Assembly (NCBI GenBank): GCA_963665665.1
Contig: OY762428.1
Span: forward strand, 1,152,001-1,216,000
Length of the DNA: 64,000 bases
Source of the DNA: Candidatus Kapaibacterium sp.
Lineage (GTDB): Bacteria > Bacteroidota > Ignavibacteria > Kapaibacteriales > UBA2268
Direction: 5' to 3'
The notes beneath the pieces were generated by a model that had not been told where the DNA came from, did no database searches, and saw nothing but the letters and a program-made list of their open reading frames with translations. Below, in pieces: positions 49,267 through 58,552 of the stretch (the first letter of the stretch is position 1; each line of letters begins with the position of its first letter). The position numbers were made by a program, and so were the translations under genes.

Positions 49267-51227
49267 AAAACAAAAAAAATCTACAGACATATTTGAATAA
49301 ATTGAATAGTGAAATAGACAACAAAAGTCTTTTCACGCAAGATGAACTCCATGGATTAATTAGTGAAAACAGCGGTACCGCGACAAAAAGCAATAGAACT
49401 TTTAAAACAGGAAAATTTAAAATGATAACAAATTCGGGAATTTTTAAAATGTTAAGTATATCAGCTTTAATTGTCGCAGCAGCATCCTTCCTGACTTTCA
49501 ATGGTTTCTTTGGCTCGGGAAGCAACAATGAAAACACGGAAACCGGACCAACGGTAAAAATTCCGATAATCAAATTGTCGGAAAGCGAATTAAAAAAAAT
49601 TGGAATCACAAAAATTGAAAATGGCTACAGCTTTTTATCCCAAAGTTGCGCGGACGGCGCTGAAAGCTATGAGAAGGAAATGCTTATAAAGGGATACCCG
49701 TCCAATGACGATGAAGATATATTTCGTTCAACTGAAATACTGACCTTCACGAAAAAAGAATACTTTGATATGAGTGGCGGTATGATAGACTATGCTGGCT
49801 GGGATTTAAGAAAGCCATCTCCGATAATGCCCTTGGGGCTGAATTTTACTTATCATACTTCTGGCGGATGTGGTTCCGGCAGTTCATGCTTTGGATTTGC
49901 ACCTCTTATTGAGGAAAGAAGAGATTTCTTCAGAGAGATCGGTGATTTCTTTACCATTAAATTTATTAAACCAAAAATTAATCCCGAAGAAATTGAATTT
50001 CTTACTATAAATACAGAGAAAAATCCATACGCAGCTCAGATAATACCTGTATTTATTCCATTCTATGACGAAGACGGAAACAGGGGCGATTGCATACTGT
50101 GGTATCTGCCAACGCCGGAATTCGTTGATATGCTGCCCGAAAGATATTCTTCATATATTAGAGAAAATTTGAACATCATATCTTATCTTGAAGATACCGG
50201 CAGTGGCGACTTGGAGATAAAACCCGAAATGAACATGAATTACCAAAATCAAAAGGAAATTGCAGGTATTAAATATATTGAACTGAGTGAAAATGAATTA
50301 CTGCAATTGAATATCAGGTATAAAGACAATTCATGGCTGATACCGGCAAGACATCAGGAAGTTAAAAAATCCGAAACTGATGGGGCACTGCTTTCGGAAC
50401 TGAAAAAATCAGGTATTTCAATCAGCAGGGCAGTCCTGAATTTTGATGAAGTAATTTCTGCCGGCTTAAAAGAAAACAATACGGAATATATTTCATTTGA
50501 TAATAGTAAAACCAAAATTTTCCCTCTTGTAATATCATCATTAGGAAAGTTTTGGAACTACAGAAAAGATATCGACTACTGGGAACCGGCTTCGAGGCAG
50601 TCTGTAATTACCCTTCTTGACGAATATAAATCAGACGATGAAGAAATAAAGGCTGTAAATTCAGTAATTAAGAACAATGCGCTTAATTCAATCGCCGGAA
50701 TTGAAAATTTAATCAATGTCAGGATTTTAAAAAACTATTCTTCACCTGATGATAAAAAGCACCCTGTAATTCATGAAATAAACCTCTGGTATGAGATCAC
50801 TCCCGAATTCATCAACGCATTGCCGGACCGATACAAAGTACCATTATCAAAAGAGTTCAATATAATGAAGAAAATTGAGCAGGGAACTATCAAACCGGAA
50901 AAAGCCTGCGATGAATTGAATAATGATACTAGCTATATGAACGTATGCGAGACAGCAGCAGCAAAAGAATTCAAGCTCCTTGTTTCCCCTAACCCGGCTA
51001 CGGATAAAATTACAATAGGATTTCATCTTCCGGAAGCCTCAGGTATAAGTCTGGGATTGTACGAAATTACCGGTAATAAAATTATGGACTTCATTCCATT
51101 CGATAATATGAGTGCCGGCATTCATGATAGAAACTTCAACCTGAATGGTTTGAGTCAGGGAGTTTACCTGCTGATTCTAAAACTGGAAAACGGCAAAACT
51201 GCAATGAAAAAACTGATCATACAGTAA
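49263..51227 (+). CDS. Membrane-anchored putative anti-sigma factor with duplicated extracytoplasmic domain and T9SS CTD
   Basis: ATGA overlap with sigma, GGAGG RBS; about 60-aa polar N-terminus, one hydrophobic helix, two internal repeats; VSPNPATD...GVYLLIL...KKLIIQ CTD. Confidence 0.75.
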   Translation: MKNKKNLQTYLNKLNSEIDNKSLFTQDELHGLISENSGTATKSNRTFKTGKFKMITNSGIFKMLSISALIVAAASFLTFNGFFGSGSNNENTETGPTVKIPIIKLSESELKKIGITKIENGYSFLSQSCADGAESYEKEMLIKGYPSNDDEDIFRSTEILTFTKKEYFDMSGGMIDYAGWDLRKPSPIMPLGLNFTYHTSGGCGSGSSCFGFAPLIEERRDFFREIGDFFTIKFIKPKINPEEIEFLTINTEKNPYAAQIIPVFIPFYDEDGNRGDCILWYLPTPEFVDMLPERYSSYIRENLNIISYLEDTGSGDLEIKPEMNMNYQNQKEIAGIKYIELSENELLQLNIRYKDNSWLIPARHQEVKKSETDGALLSELKKSGISISRAVLNFDEVISAGLKENNTEYISFDNSKTKIFPLVISSLGKFWNYRKDIDYWEPASRQSVITLLDEYKSDDEEIKAVNSVIKNNALNSIAGIENLINVRILKNYSSPDDKKHPVIHEINLWYEITPEFINALPDRYKVPLSKEFNIMKKIEQGTIKPEKACDELNNDTSYMNVCETAAAKEFKLLVSPNPATDKITIGFHLPEASGISLGLYEITGNKIMDFIPFDNMSAGIHDRNFNLNGLSQGVYLLILKLENGKTAMKKLIIQ

Positions 51228-51260
51228 AAAAACTGTTTCTTATAAAAAAATCCAAAGATT

Positions 51261-51291
51261 ACCCGGGATAATTTATTCCGGGTTTTCTTTT
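51261..51291 (+). terminator. Terminator after the sigma/anti-sigma pair
   Basis: acccgggataa-t-ttattccgggt followed by a T-rich tail. Confidence 0.6.
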
Positions 51292-51402
51292 GAGTTTAAT
51301 GCATTCGCAGAATAAAATTGTTTTTTCTGTAAATTCTGATTATTTTTAAGTACGGATTCTGTTTAATCTGAATCCTTATAGTAGTAATCAAAAAGGTGAA
51401 TC

Positions 51403-53886
51403 ATGTCAGGTATAAAAAACAATCCGGAAAAAATTGATATGACTAAAAATATTGTTCCTGTTGCAAAGCTTAAATGGAAATGTCCGGCTTCAAAATTAAA
51501 ATTAAAATCAACTGAAGAAATTGAACCGCTTGATAAAATCGTTGGCCAGCCGCGAGCTATTAATGCATTGAAATTAGGCTCGGAATTATTTTCGAAAGGT
51601 TATAATATTTTTGTTTCCGGTATATCAGGTACCGGCAGGCTTACCACTGTAAAAAAACTATTGCAAAAGGTATCCACACATAACCCCGACCTGTTTGACT
51701 ACTGCTACGTGTATAATTTCAGCGCACCGGACCACCCGAGATTATTAAAACTAAAGAAAGGCGAGGCCTGTAAATTCAGAACCGCTGTTGAAGAAGCCGT
51801 TACATTTACCAAAAGACGCCTTCCCAAACTTTTTGAGGATGAAAATTTCAGAAGGAACAGGCAAAAAATAATTGAAGATTACCAGGAAAAAGAAAGGCAA
51901 ATATTAAATAAGTTCGATAAAAAAATTGAGCCTTTCGGATTTATAAGGGGCCAGATTGAAAATGAGAACGGAACCACACAGCCTGAAGTATTTCCGATTA
52001 TAAACGAAAAACCTATTCAAATCGAAGATATTGACCAGTTTGTTGAATCGGGTGATATTGATATTAACATTGCAAATGAAAAAAGAGAATTATACAGGAA
52101 ATTTCACAACGAAATATTTGATATTGCCCGCAAAGGTATGAAACTGATGCAGGAATTCCGCCGGGCAATATCCAAAAGTGATAAAAAAGCTGCATCTGTG
52201 GAAGTTGAAGCCGCCTTTGACGAAATACCCGATAATTTTAATTACCCTGAAATAGAGATATTTATTAATGAAGTAAAGGATCATATTCTTGATAATCTAA
52301 GCGTTTTTGTACCTTCAACCAACCCTTTCCCGCAGCTGTCGGATAACGGCAAAACCAATGTTGAAGATCATTTACACCTGTTCAATGTTAATATTGTTCT
52401 CGACAACTCATCTACATCTGCCGCACCGGTTGTGATTGAAACAACCCCATCATATAATAACTTGTTTGGAACTATCGAAAGAATTCTCGATTCACGGGGA
52501 TTCTGGAGGTCGGATTTCACAAAGATAAAAGCAGGTTCGATTCTAAAAGCAGATCAGGGCTACCTGATTGTCAGCGCTGGCGACCTGTTTTCGGAGCCCG
52601 GCGTATGGCAGGCGTTAAAAAGAGTGCTTTTATATGATAAATTGGATGTACAGCCACTTGATTCGTATTTCAATTTATCGCAGACTCATTTGAAACCGGA
52701 ACCAATAAAAGTAAATGTTAAAGTTATCATTATAGGCGGGCAAACGCTTTATAGGATGCTCTACCTGCATGAGAAAGGATTTAAGAAAATTTTCAAAATC
52801 AATGCTCAATTTGATTATGAAACCAGGCGAACTGATGACATGATTGAGCATATCAGCCGGTTTATCGCTAAAATATGCAGGGATGATAATCTTTGTCCGT
52901 TTGCCCGTGACGGAGTTGCATCAATTGTAGAGTGGGCTATTGCTCATGCCGGCAGCCAGGAAAGAATTACCCTGAAATTCTCAGACATTGCAGATATTAT
53001 AAGGGAATCAGCCTATGCATTCAAAAATTCAGGAGATAAGGATTTTATTACTTCCATTCATGTAGACAGAGCAATTAAAGAAAGACGCTTCCGGAACGAC
53101 CTGGTTGACGAAAAGGTTAAGCACCACATTCTAAACGGCAATACTTTTATTGATACAGAAGGCAGCAGGATAGGACAGATTAACGGCCTTACAGTTTATG
53201 ATACCGGCCTGCTGTCATTTGGCAAACCTGCCAGGATAACCTCCACAATTTCTGCAGGAAATGCGGGAATTGTTAATATCGAACGCGAAGCTGATATGAG
53301 CGGAACAATACACAACAAAGGTGTTCTGATTATCACAGGGCTGCTTCAGGAACGATTTGCTTATAAACATCCCTTGTCATTAACAGCATCAATTGCTTTT
53401 GAACAGTCTTATGGAGGTATTGACGGAGACAGTGCCTCGGCTGCAGAGATTTATGTCCTGCTCTCAGCCCTGACAAATACTCCGATCAAGCAGGACCTTG
53501 CAATTACAGGTTCGGTTAACCAAAAGGGAGACATTCAGCCTATTGGCGGAGTAAATGAGAAAATCACCGGGTTCTTCGAGATTTGCAGGGACAGAGGCCT
53601 TACAGGAAAGCAGGGAGTAATAATTCCATCTCAAAATGTGAAAGACCTGATGCTGACAGACGATATCCTAAACGCAGCAAAGAAAAAGAAATTTTTTATC
53701 TATTCAATCGAAAAAATTGAAGACGGAGTACCACTGCTAATGGGAATAGAAGCCGGAATAAGAGGCAATGACGGTTCTTATCCCAAACAAAGCCTGTTTG
53801 GGCTGGCAGAAAGAAAACTTGAAGAGTATTATAAGCTATCGCGAAATATTAAGGACAAAAATTCGAAAAAGAAAAAAAACAGTTAA
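51403..53886 (+). CDS. Lon-family protease, LonC/AAA_32-like
   Basis: GQPRA, DYCYVYNF..P..P, GQINGL, EQSYGGIDGDSAS (catalytic Ser) and TGSVNQKG..QPIGGVNEKI (Lys). Confidence 0.92.
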   Translation: MSGIKNNPEKIDMTKNIVPVAKLKWKCPASKLKLKSTEEIEPLDKIVGQPRAINALKLGSELFSKGYNIFVSGISGTGRLTTVKKLLQKVSTHNPDLFDYCYVYNFSAPDHPRLLKLKKGEACKFRTAVEEAVTFTKRRLPKLFEDENFRRNRQKIIEDYQEKERQILNKFDKKIEPFGFIRGQIENENGTTQPEVFPIINEKPIQIEDIDQFVESGDIDINIANEKRELYRKFHNEIFDIARKGMKLMQEFRRAISKSDKKAASVEVEAAFDEIPDNFNYPEIEIFINEVKDHILDNLSVFVPSTNPFPQLSDNGKTNVEDHLHLFNVNIVLDNSSTSAAPVVIETTPSYNNLFGTIERILDSRGFWRSDFTKIKAGSILKADQGYLIVSAGDLFSEPGVWQALKRVLLYDKLDVQPLDSYFNLSQTHLKPEPIKVNVKVIIIGGQTLYRMLYLHEKGFKKIFKINAQFDYETRRTDDMIEHISRFIAKICRDDNLCPFARDGVASIVEWAIAHAGSQERITLKFSDIADIIRESAYAFKNSGDKDFITSIHVDRAIKERRFRNDLVDEKVKHHILNGNTFIDTEGSRIGQINGLTVYDTGLLSFGKPARITSTISAGNAGIVNIEREADMSGTIHNKGVLIITGLLQERFAYKHPLSLTASIAFEQSYGGIDGDSASAAEIYVLLSALTNTPIKQDLAITGSVNQKGDIQPIGGVNEKITGFFEICRDRGLTGKQGVIIPSQNVKDLMLTDDILNAAKKKKFFIYSIEKIEDGVPLLMGIEAGIRGNDGSYPKQSLFGLAERKLEEYYKLSRNIKDKNSKKKKNS

Positions 53887-53962
53887 TTGTCAGAAGGGCA
53901 ACTTTTTGTTAATTTGAACGTTGAATAAATGAGTATTTTGAAAATAATATTTGGAAAATATT

Positions 53963-54439
53963 ATGCCGGTTTTTGCAATTGAAAGCAACGGACGAATAGA
54001 AAAAACCGCTATTTATTATAACGGGGAACAGATTGGCGGTGTCAGAGAAATTTTCCTGAACCTTGACGAAGACGGTACTTTCGATGCCGTTATGCAATAT
54101 CAGGGCCACGACGGGGAAATATATACCAAACAGATATTTGCAGACAACCTGCCTAAACTTCGCTATGTGGAGCCTTCGTTTACCGAAGATGAAGCTCAAC
54201 ACCTTGTGCTATTCGAACTGGAAAGCGACGGAGATATTGAAAGCTGCCTTCTGTTACTGAATGAAGAAGAACTTGAAGGCGTTGTTAATGTTTTACTTCA
54301 TGTAAAAGCAGAGCCCGGAAAATCCGGTTTTGGGAACCTGTTTAAAAAAAGAAAAACCGAATCGGAAGAACCTGTTTTCAAGGCTCAGATAACTTATAGA
54401 AATGATGATGATTCAATTGAAACGGAGGATATATTTTAA
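53963..54439 (+). CDS. Hypothetical acidic protein with two internal repeats
   Basis: FAIESNGRIE...KQIF and FELESDGDIE...EDIF repeats; stop overlaps next ATG. Confidence 0.7.
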   Translation: MPVFAIESNGRIEKTAIYYNGEQIGGVREIFLNLDEDGTFDAVMQYQGHDGEIYTKQIFADNLPKLRYVEPSFTEDEAQHLVLFELESDGDIESCLLLLNEEELEGVVNVLLHVKAEPGKSGFGNLFKKRKTESEEPVFKAQITYRNDDDSIETEDIF

Positions 54440-55065
54440 TGAAAATGCTAAAATTCAGATTACCCGGAATAATGCTGATTATTGCCCTGATAATTTTATT
54501 TGTTGCTCCGGAATTTGCTGACGCAAGACGTGGCGGCAGAAGTTTCGGAGGGCGCAGAAGCACGTCAAAATCTTATAAAAGCAATACACGAAGCAAAACA
54601 AGTACGGCACGAAAACCTACAAGTTCGATGAATGCCAGTAAATCTACTAATCCTGCAAAAAGGACAAGTTTCGGCGGGAGCCGAATGACAAGTTCCAAAG
54701 CGTATACAAGCAAGTACGGCACCCCGAGAAAGAAAACCGAATATACCGGAACCAATGCTGCAGGACAACAGCAGCGCTATGTAATGCATGGTTATGGCGG
54801 TTACGGAAGCGGCCTTATGACCGGATATATGATGGGAACAACAAGCTGGATGTGGTCGATGCCATTCCACCCTGCTTTCTATTATTCCCGCCCCTATTAT
54901 GTAAACAATCCCGACGGAAGTATGGGGGTTTACCCTCCCACATTTTCATTTACCCGACTTCTGTTTACCCTGATTGTTGTAGCAATAATACTTTATATTA
55001 TAGTAAGGCTGATAAAACGCAAGAGCAGGAATTCACGTTCCTACTCGCAATCATCATTTTCATAA
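54439..55065 (+). CDS. Hypothetical exported basic Gly/Ser/Tyr-rich protein with C-terminal TM
   Basis: Signal peptide ADA|RRGGRSFGG, low-complexity body, TM, basic tail. Confidence 0.75.
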   Translation: MKMLKFRLPGIMLIIALIILFVAPEFADARRGGRSFGGRRSTSKSYKSNTRSKTSTARKPTSSMNASKSTNPAKRTSFGGSRMTSSKAYTSKYGTPRKKTEYTGTNAAGQQQRYVMHGYGGYGSGLMTGYMMGTTSWMWSMPFHPAFYYSRPYYVNNPDGSMGVYPPTFSFTRLLFTLIVVAIILYIIVRLIKRKSRNSRSYSQSSFS

Positions 55066-55091
55066 TAATCAGCTGAAAAAAAATTTCTTAC

Positions 55092-55123
55092 AAGTTCCAA
55101 AGCCCCGCTTTGGAACTTTTTTT
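55092..55123 (+). terminator. Rho-independent terminator
   Basis: aagttccaaagc-ccc-gctttggaactt plus T-run. Confidence 0.8.
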
Positions 55124-55520
55124 ATTTTATAAAATATTTCAATTTCCTGATTCTTTGAGAGTTTTTATTGCTATCCTGATTCTACCGGAAAGAATAGATT
55201 ATTAAACTTATTTGATAGTTCCAAACAAGTTCTTAGTACTGTTTGTCAATATCAATAATAGCGAATATATTGCGCGCTTTAACTATGAAAATAGTTTTTT
55301 TTGATTTCTTATCCTGCTGTATATATTAACATCCTGATTCATTTAATATTATGTTTTTTTATGAATTTTTCTTATCTTATAGAATATTTAACTATTTATA
55401 TAATATTAAAATTATTGTTCAATTGAATTATTATTTGAATATAATGATTTCATCAGGGTTCAATAATAAAAAGTAGCAACTACGCTAACAGAAATTTTCA
55501 ATATATATTGCAGGTAACAA

Positions 55521-57611
55521 ATGAAGACCGTAAAACTTTTATTTTTGGCAATATTTTTTCCGTCATTCTTATTTGCACAATACTCCGGTGGTAATGGTTC
55601 TTCAGATAACCCTTACAAATTATCTACTTGTGCTGATCTTGAAAAGCTTATGAATAGCAATTCTGATTGGAACAAGCATTTTATAATGACATCGAATATT
55701 GATCTATCCGGCTACACGCCAACTCAGGGTGGTATTAAACCAATTGGAGATGGTATCTCGGATTTCTCTGGCAGTTTTGACGGGCAATCCAAATGTATAT
55801 CAAATCTTGCAATAAATACTTCGTCTAATTCCTACGTCGGACTATTTGCTTGTACTGCTTCATCAGCAACAATTACTGATTTGTCACTTCAGAATATCAA
55901 TATTACCGGCAATAAGCGTATAGGCGGTCTTGTTGGTGAAAATTTTGGCATTGTGACAAATTGTTCCTCCAACGGAATAGTTTCAGGAAATGAACATACA
56001 GGCGGACTAATTGGTTACAATTATGGCTCTGTATCTAATTGTGATTTCACAGGTTCAGTTTCCGGAAAATCTGAAGTTACTGGCGGATTGGTTGGTTTTA
56101 ATAGCCGTTTTAATGGGTATGTGAGCAATTGTTATTCGGGAGGAACTGTTTCGGGAACATCCCATGTAGGGGGATTGATTGGTTATAATGATACTTTTGT
56201 AAGTAACTGCTATTCAACAAGTACTGTATTGGGAAGCTTAATATACACAGGCGGATTAATTGGAAGTAATCGTTCTACTGTAAGTTCTTGTCATTCTTCA
56301 GGTAACGTTGTCGGGATTGGCGAATATGTTGGCGGATTAATTGGTGCAAATGATTATGGTAGTGTTGAATTCTGTTATTCCACAGGTAATGTGACAGGTG
56401 ATGCCTATGTTGGCGGATTAATTGGTGAAAATATTGATGGTAGTGTTGATTTCTGTTACTCCACAGGTAATGTGACAGGTAGTTTAACGCGCTCTTATTA
56501 TACCGGCGGATTGATTGGCTATCATGAAGACGCTGAAGTAAGTAATTGCTATTCTACCGGAGATGTGACAGGATTATATTTTTCAGGCGGTTTTATAGGC
56601 CAAAATTATGGTGTTGTTGACAAATGTTATTCAACCGGAAGCGCTTCCGGTAGTTATGCCGGTGGTTTGATTGCTGATAATATTGGCCGGGTAAGAAATA
56701 GTTTTTGGGATACAGAAACTTCAGGAAATACTACAAGCTCCGGTGGCACCAGCAAAACTTCTGCTCTGATGAAAACACAATCTACATTTACCGGAGCCGG
56801 ATGGGATTTTACAAATGATTGGGCAATTTGCCAGGGATATCCTGAATTAATACACAACAGGCCAAAAAATACAGAGGCAGTATATATAAATAGCTCATAC
56901 ACTGAGGGCAGCACCGGAGGATATGTTTACAATTGTAATGCATTTTCAAATATTGAAAATGCAAAAGAAGTGCTTAGCCCTGGTGGTAAAATTTATATTT
57001 TTGGTAACTACGATTTTGAAACAGACCCTTCTCTTGATGGTTATCAAATTTATATTTCCGGATCCATCCTAAATGCTGACGAAGATAATTTTTTTAATCT
57101 TGGCAGTACCGGGTCGCTGACTCTTTCCACTGCAAGTCCTGTAACTTTTCCCGTCGGAACGGACGTAGTCGGCTACGCTCCTGTAGTAATTAATGCACCG
57201 TCCAGCAACACTTTTACAGTATCAATTACTGATAGCACATCGAATTATCTTGCCAAGGTATTCTATTCAAAATGCTGGTGGGATATTGAACACACAGGTG
57301 GTAACGATCCGACAGATATTGATTTCGTATATAATAAATCATTGTTTACACGCAGTAATCCGTTAAAGGCAAGTTATGTGCTGCACTTTGATGAACAATG
57401 GGAGAATCTCACTCCGGACGGAGCTGCTACTTTGGGCAATTGGAATGGGGACGAAAATTATTTCTGTACCAGTATAACCAATGTTTCTTCGTTTTCTCCA
57501 TTCTCAGTACACTTTCTGCCAAAAATTCCTTCTGTTTCGGTATGGGCTTTGATTATTCTTGGAATAACACTTGCTATAAGCGGTGGATGGATTTTGTGGA
57601 AAAGGTTTTAA
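55521..57611 (+). CDS. GLUG-motif surface protein with IPTL-CTERM-like C-terminal anchor
   Basis: YSGGNGS..NPY start, about 9 GGL(I/V)G.N...V.NCYSTG repeats, SFWD.ETSG; tail IPSVSVWALIILG...WKRF. Confidence 0.85.
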   Translation: MKTVKLLFLAIFFPSFLFAQYSGGNGSSDNPYKLSTCADLEKLMNSNSDWNKHFIMTSNIDLSGYTPTQGGIKPIGDGISDFSGSFDGQSKCISNLAINTSSNSYVGLFACTASSATITDLSLQNINITGNKRIGGLVGENFGIVTNCSSNGIVSGNEHTGGLIGYNYGSVSNCDFTGSVSGKSEVTGGLVGFNSRFNGYVSNCYSGGTVSGTSHVGGLIGYNDTFVSNCYSTSTVLGSLIYTGGLIGSNRSTVSSCHSSGNVVGIGEYVGGLIGANDYGSVEFCYSTGNVTGDAYVGGLIGENIDGSVDFCYSTGNVTGSLTRSYYTGGLIGYHEDAEVSNCYSTGDVTGLYFSGGFIGQNYGVVDKCYSTGSASGSYAGGLIADNIGRVRNSFWDTETSGNTTSSGGTSKTSALMKTQSTFTGAGWDFTNDWAICQGYPELIHNRPKNTEAVYINSSYTEGSTGGYVYNCNAFSNIENAKEVLSPGGKIYIFGNYDFETDPSLDGYQIYISGSILNADEDNFFNLGSTGSLTLSTASPVTFPVGTDVVGYAPVVINAPSSNTFTVSITDSTSNYLAKVFYSKCWWDIEHTGGNDPTDIDFVYNKSLFTRSNPLKASYVLHFDEQWENLTPDGAATLGNWNGDENYFCTSITNVSSFSPFSVHFLPKIPSVSVWALIILGITLAISGGWILWKRF
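56325..56480 (+). repeat. 81-bp-period tandem duplication within the GLUG repeats
   Basis: 56325-56399 and 56406-56480 are nearly identical at DNA level. Confidence 0.85.
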
Positions 57612-57727
57612 CGATTTGAAAAATGAATATTGTTAGACTTGCTGGATGACTATATCAGCGACACTTGATAAAAAAGTTATTTTTCATATCTTTTAGCATA
57701 TTGCGTTATCTCATAAGATTGTAATAC

Positions 57728-57829
57728 TGTCACTCCCCGTCAAGCCGAGAGCAGTCTGAGCATAGTGAAAAGAGCATAAACTACATTAATACCGGATTCT
57801 TCGCTGTGCTCAGAATGACCGCTTTTCTT
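57728..57829. repeat. Nested palindromic repeat; copy 2
   Basis: tgtcact[ccccgtcaagccgagagcagt]ctgagcatagtgaa...ggattcttcgctgtgctcagaatgaccgcttttctt. Confidence 0.75.
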
Positions 57830-57860
57830 GCTTTCAATGCAACCTGATTTTTTTACAACC

Positions 57861-58406
57861 TCAAATATCTACTGTCACATCTTCAAGGCCTTCGAGTTTA
57901 TTGGCAAACCTTGCAGCAGTAAAGAAATAATCAGATAATCTATTCAAATATTTTACAGGAATACTTCCAATATCCTGAGTAGCACTTAGTTTTACAGCCA
58001 GCCTTTCGGCTCTGCGGCATATTGTCCTGGCATGATGTAAATGAGCTGCAGCCCTGCCTCCGCCGGGAAGAATAAACTTTGTAAGTTTCGGAAGGCCGGC
58101 TGTATATTCGTCGATTTTATTCTCCAGCCAGTCAATACTACTTTCATCCATTCTTTTTACAGGAAATTTTGGTTCCGGATCGCGCGGTGTGGCAAGGTCG
58201 GTTCCAAGGCTGAAAAGAGTTTTGCTTACCTTGCAAAGATCCGACAGCAGGGGTTCCCCGGGTTTGGAGGCACATGCTATCCCGATTACGGAATTCAGCT
58301 CATCAACAGTTCCGTAAAGCTCCACTCTCGGGTTGAATTTTTCAACTCTCTGCCCGTTAAATAATCCTGTTTCTCCTTTATCTCCGGTTTTGGTATATAT
58401 TTTCAT
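57861..58406 (-). CDS. ATP:cob(I)alamin adenosyltransferase, PduO type
   Basis: MKIYTKTGDKGET, GTVDELNS, FILPGG, ARTICRRAER and YLNRLSD. Confidence 0.95.
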   Translation of the reverse strand: MKIYTKTGDKGETGLFNGQRVEKFNPRVELYGTVDELNSVIGIACASKPGEPLLSDLCKVSKTLFSLGTDLATPRDPEPKFPVKRMDESSIDWLENKIDEYTAGLPKLTKFILPGGGRAAAHLHHARTICRRAERLAVKLSATQDIGSIPVKYLNRLSDYFFTAARFANKLEGLEDVTVDI

Positions 58407-58552
58407 TTCATCCTTAATTATTATCAGCAACATCTTTGAATATAGAAAGACGTAAAATTAAAAAATCATTTTGATTAATCGTAATTTTTCCTGTTTTTTA
58501 GGGTTTGAGAAACATTTATTTTTGAATATATTGATATTTATTTGGATTATTT

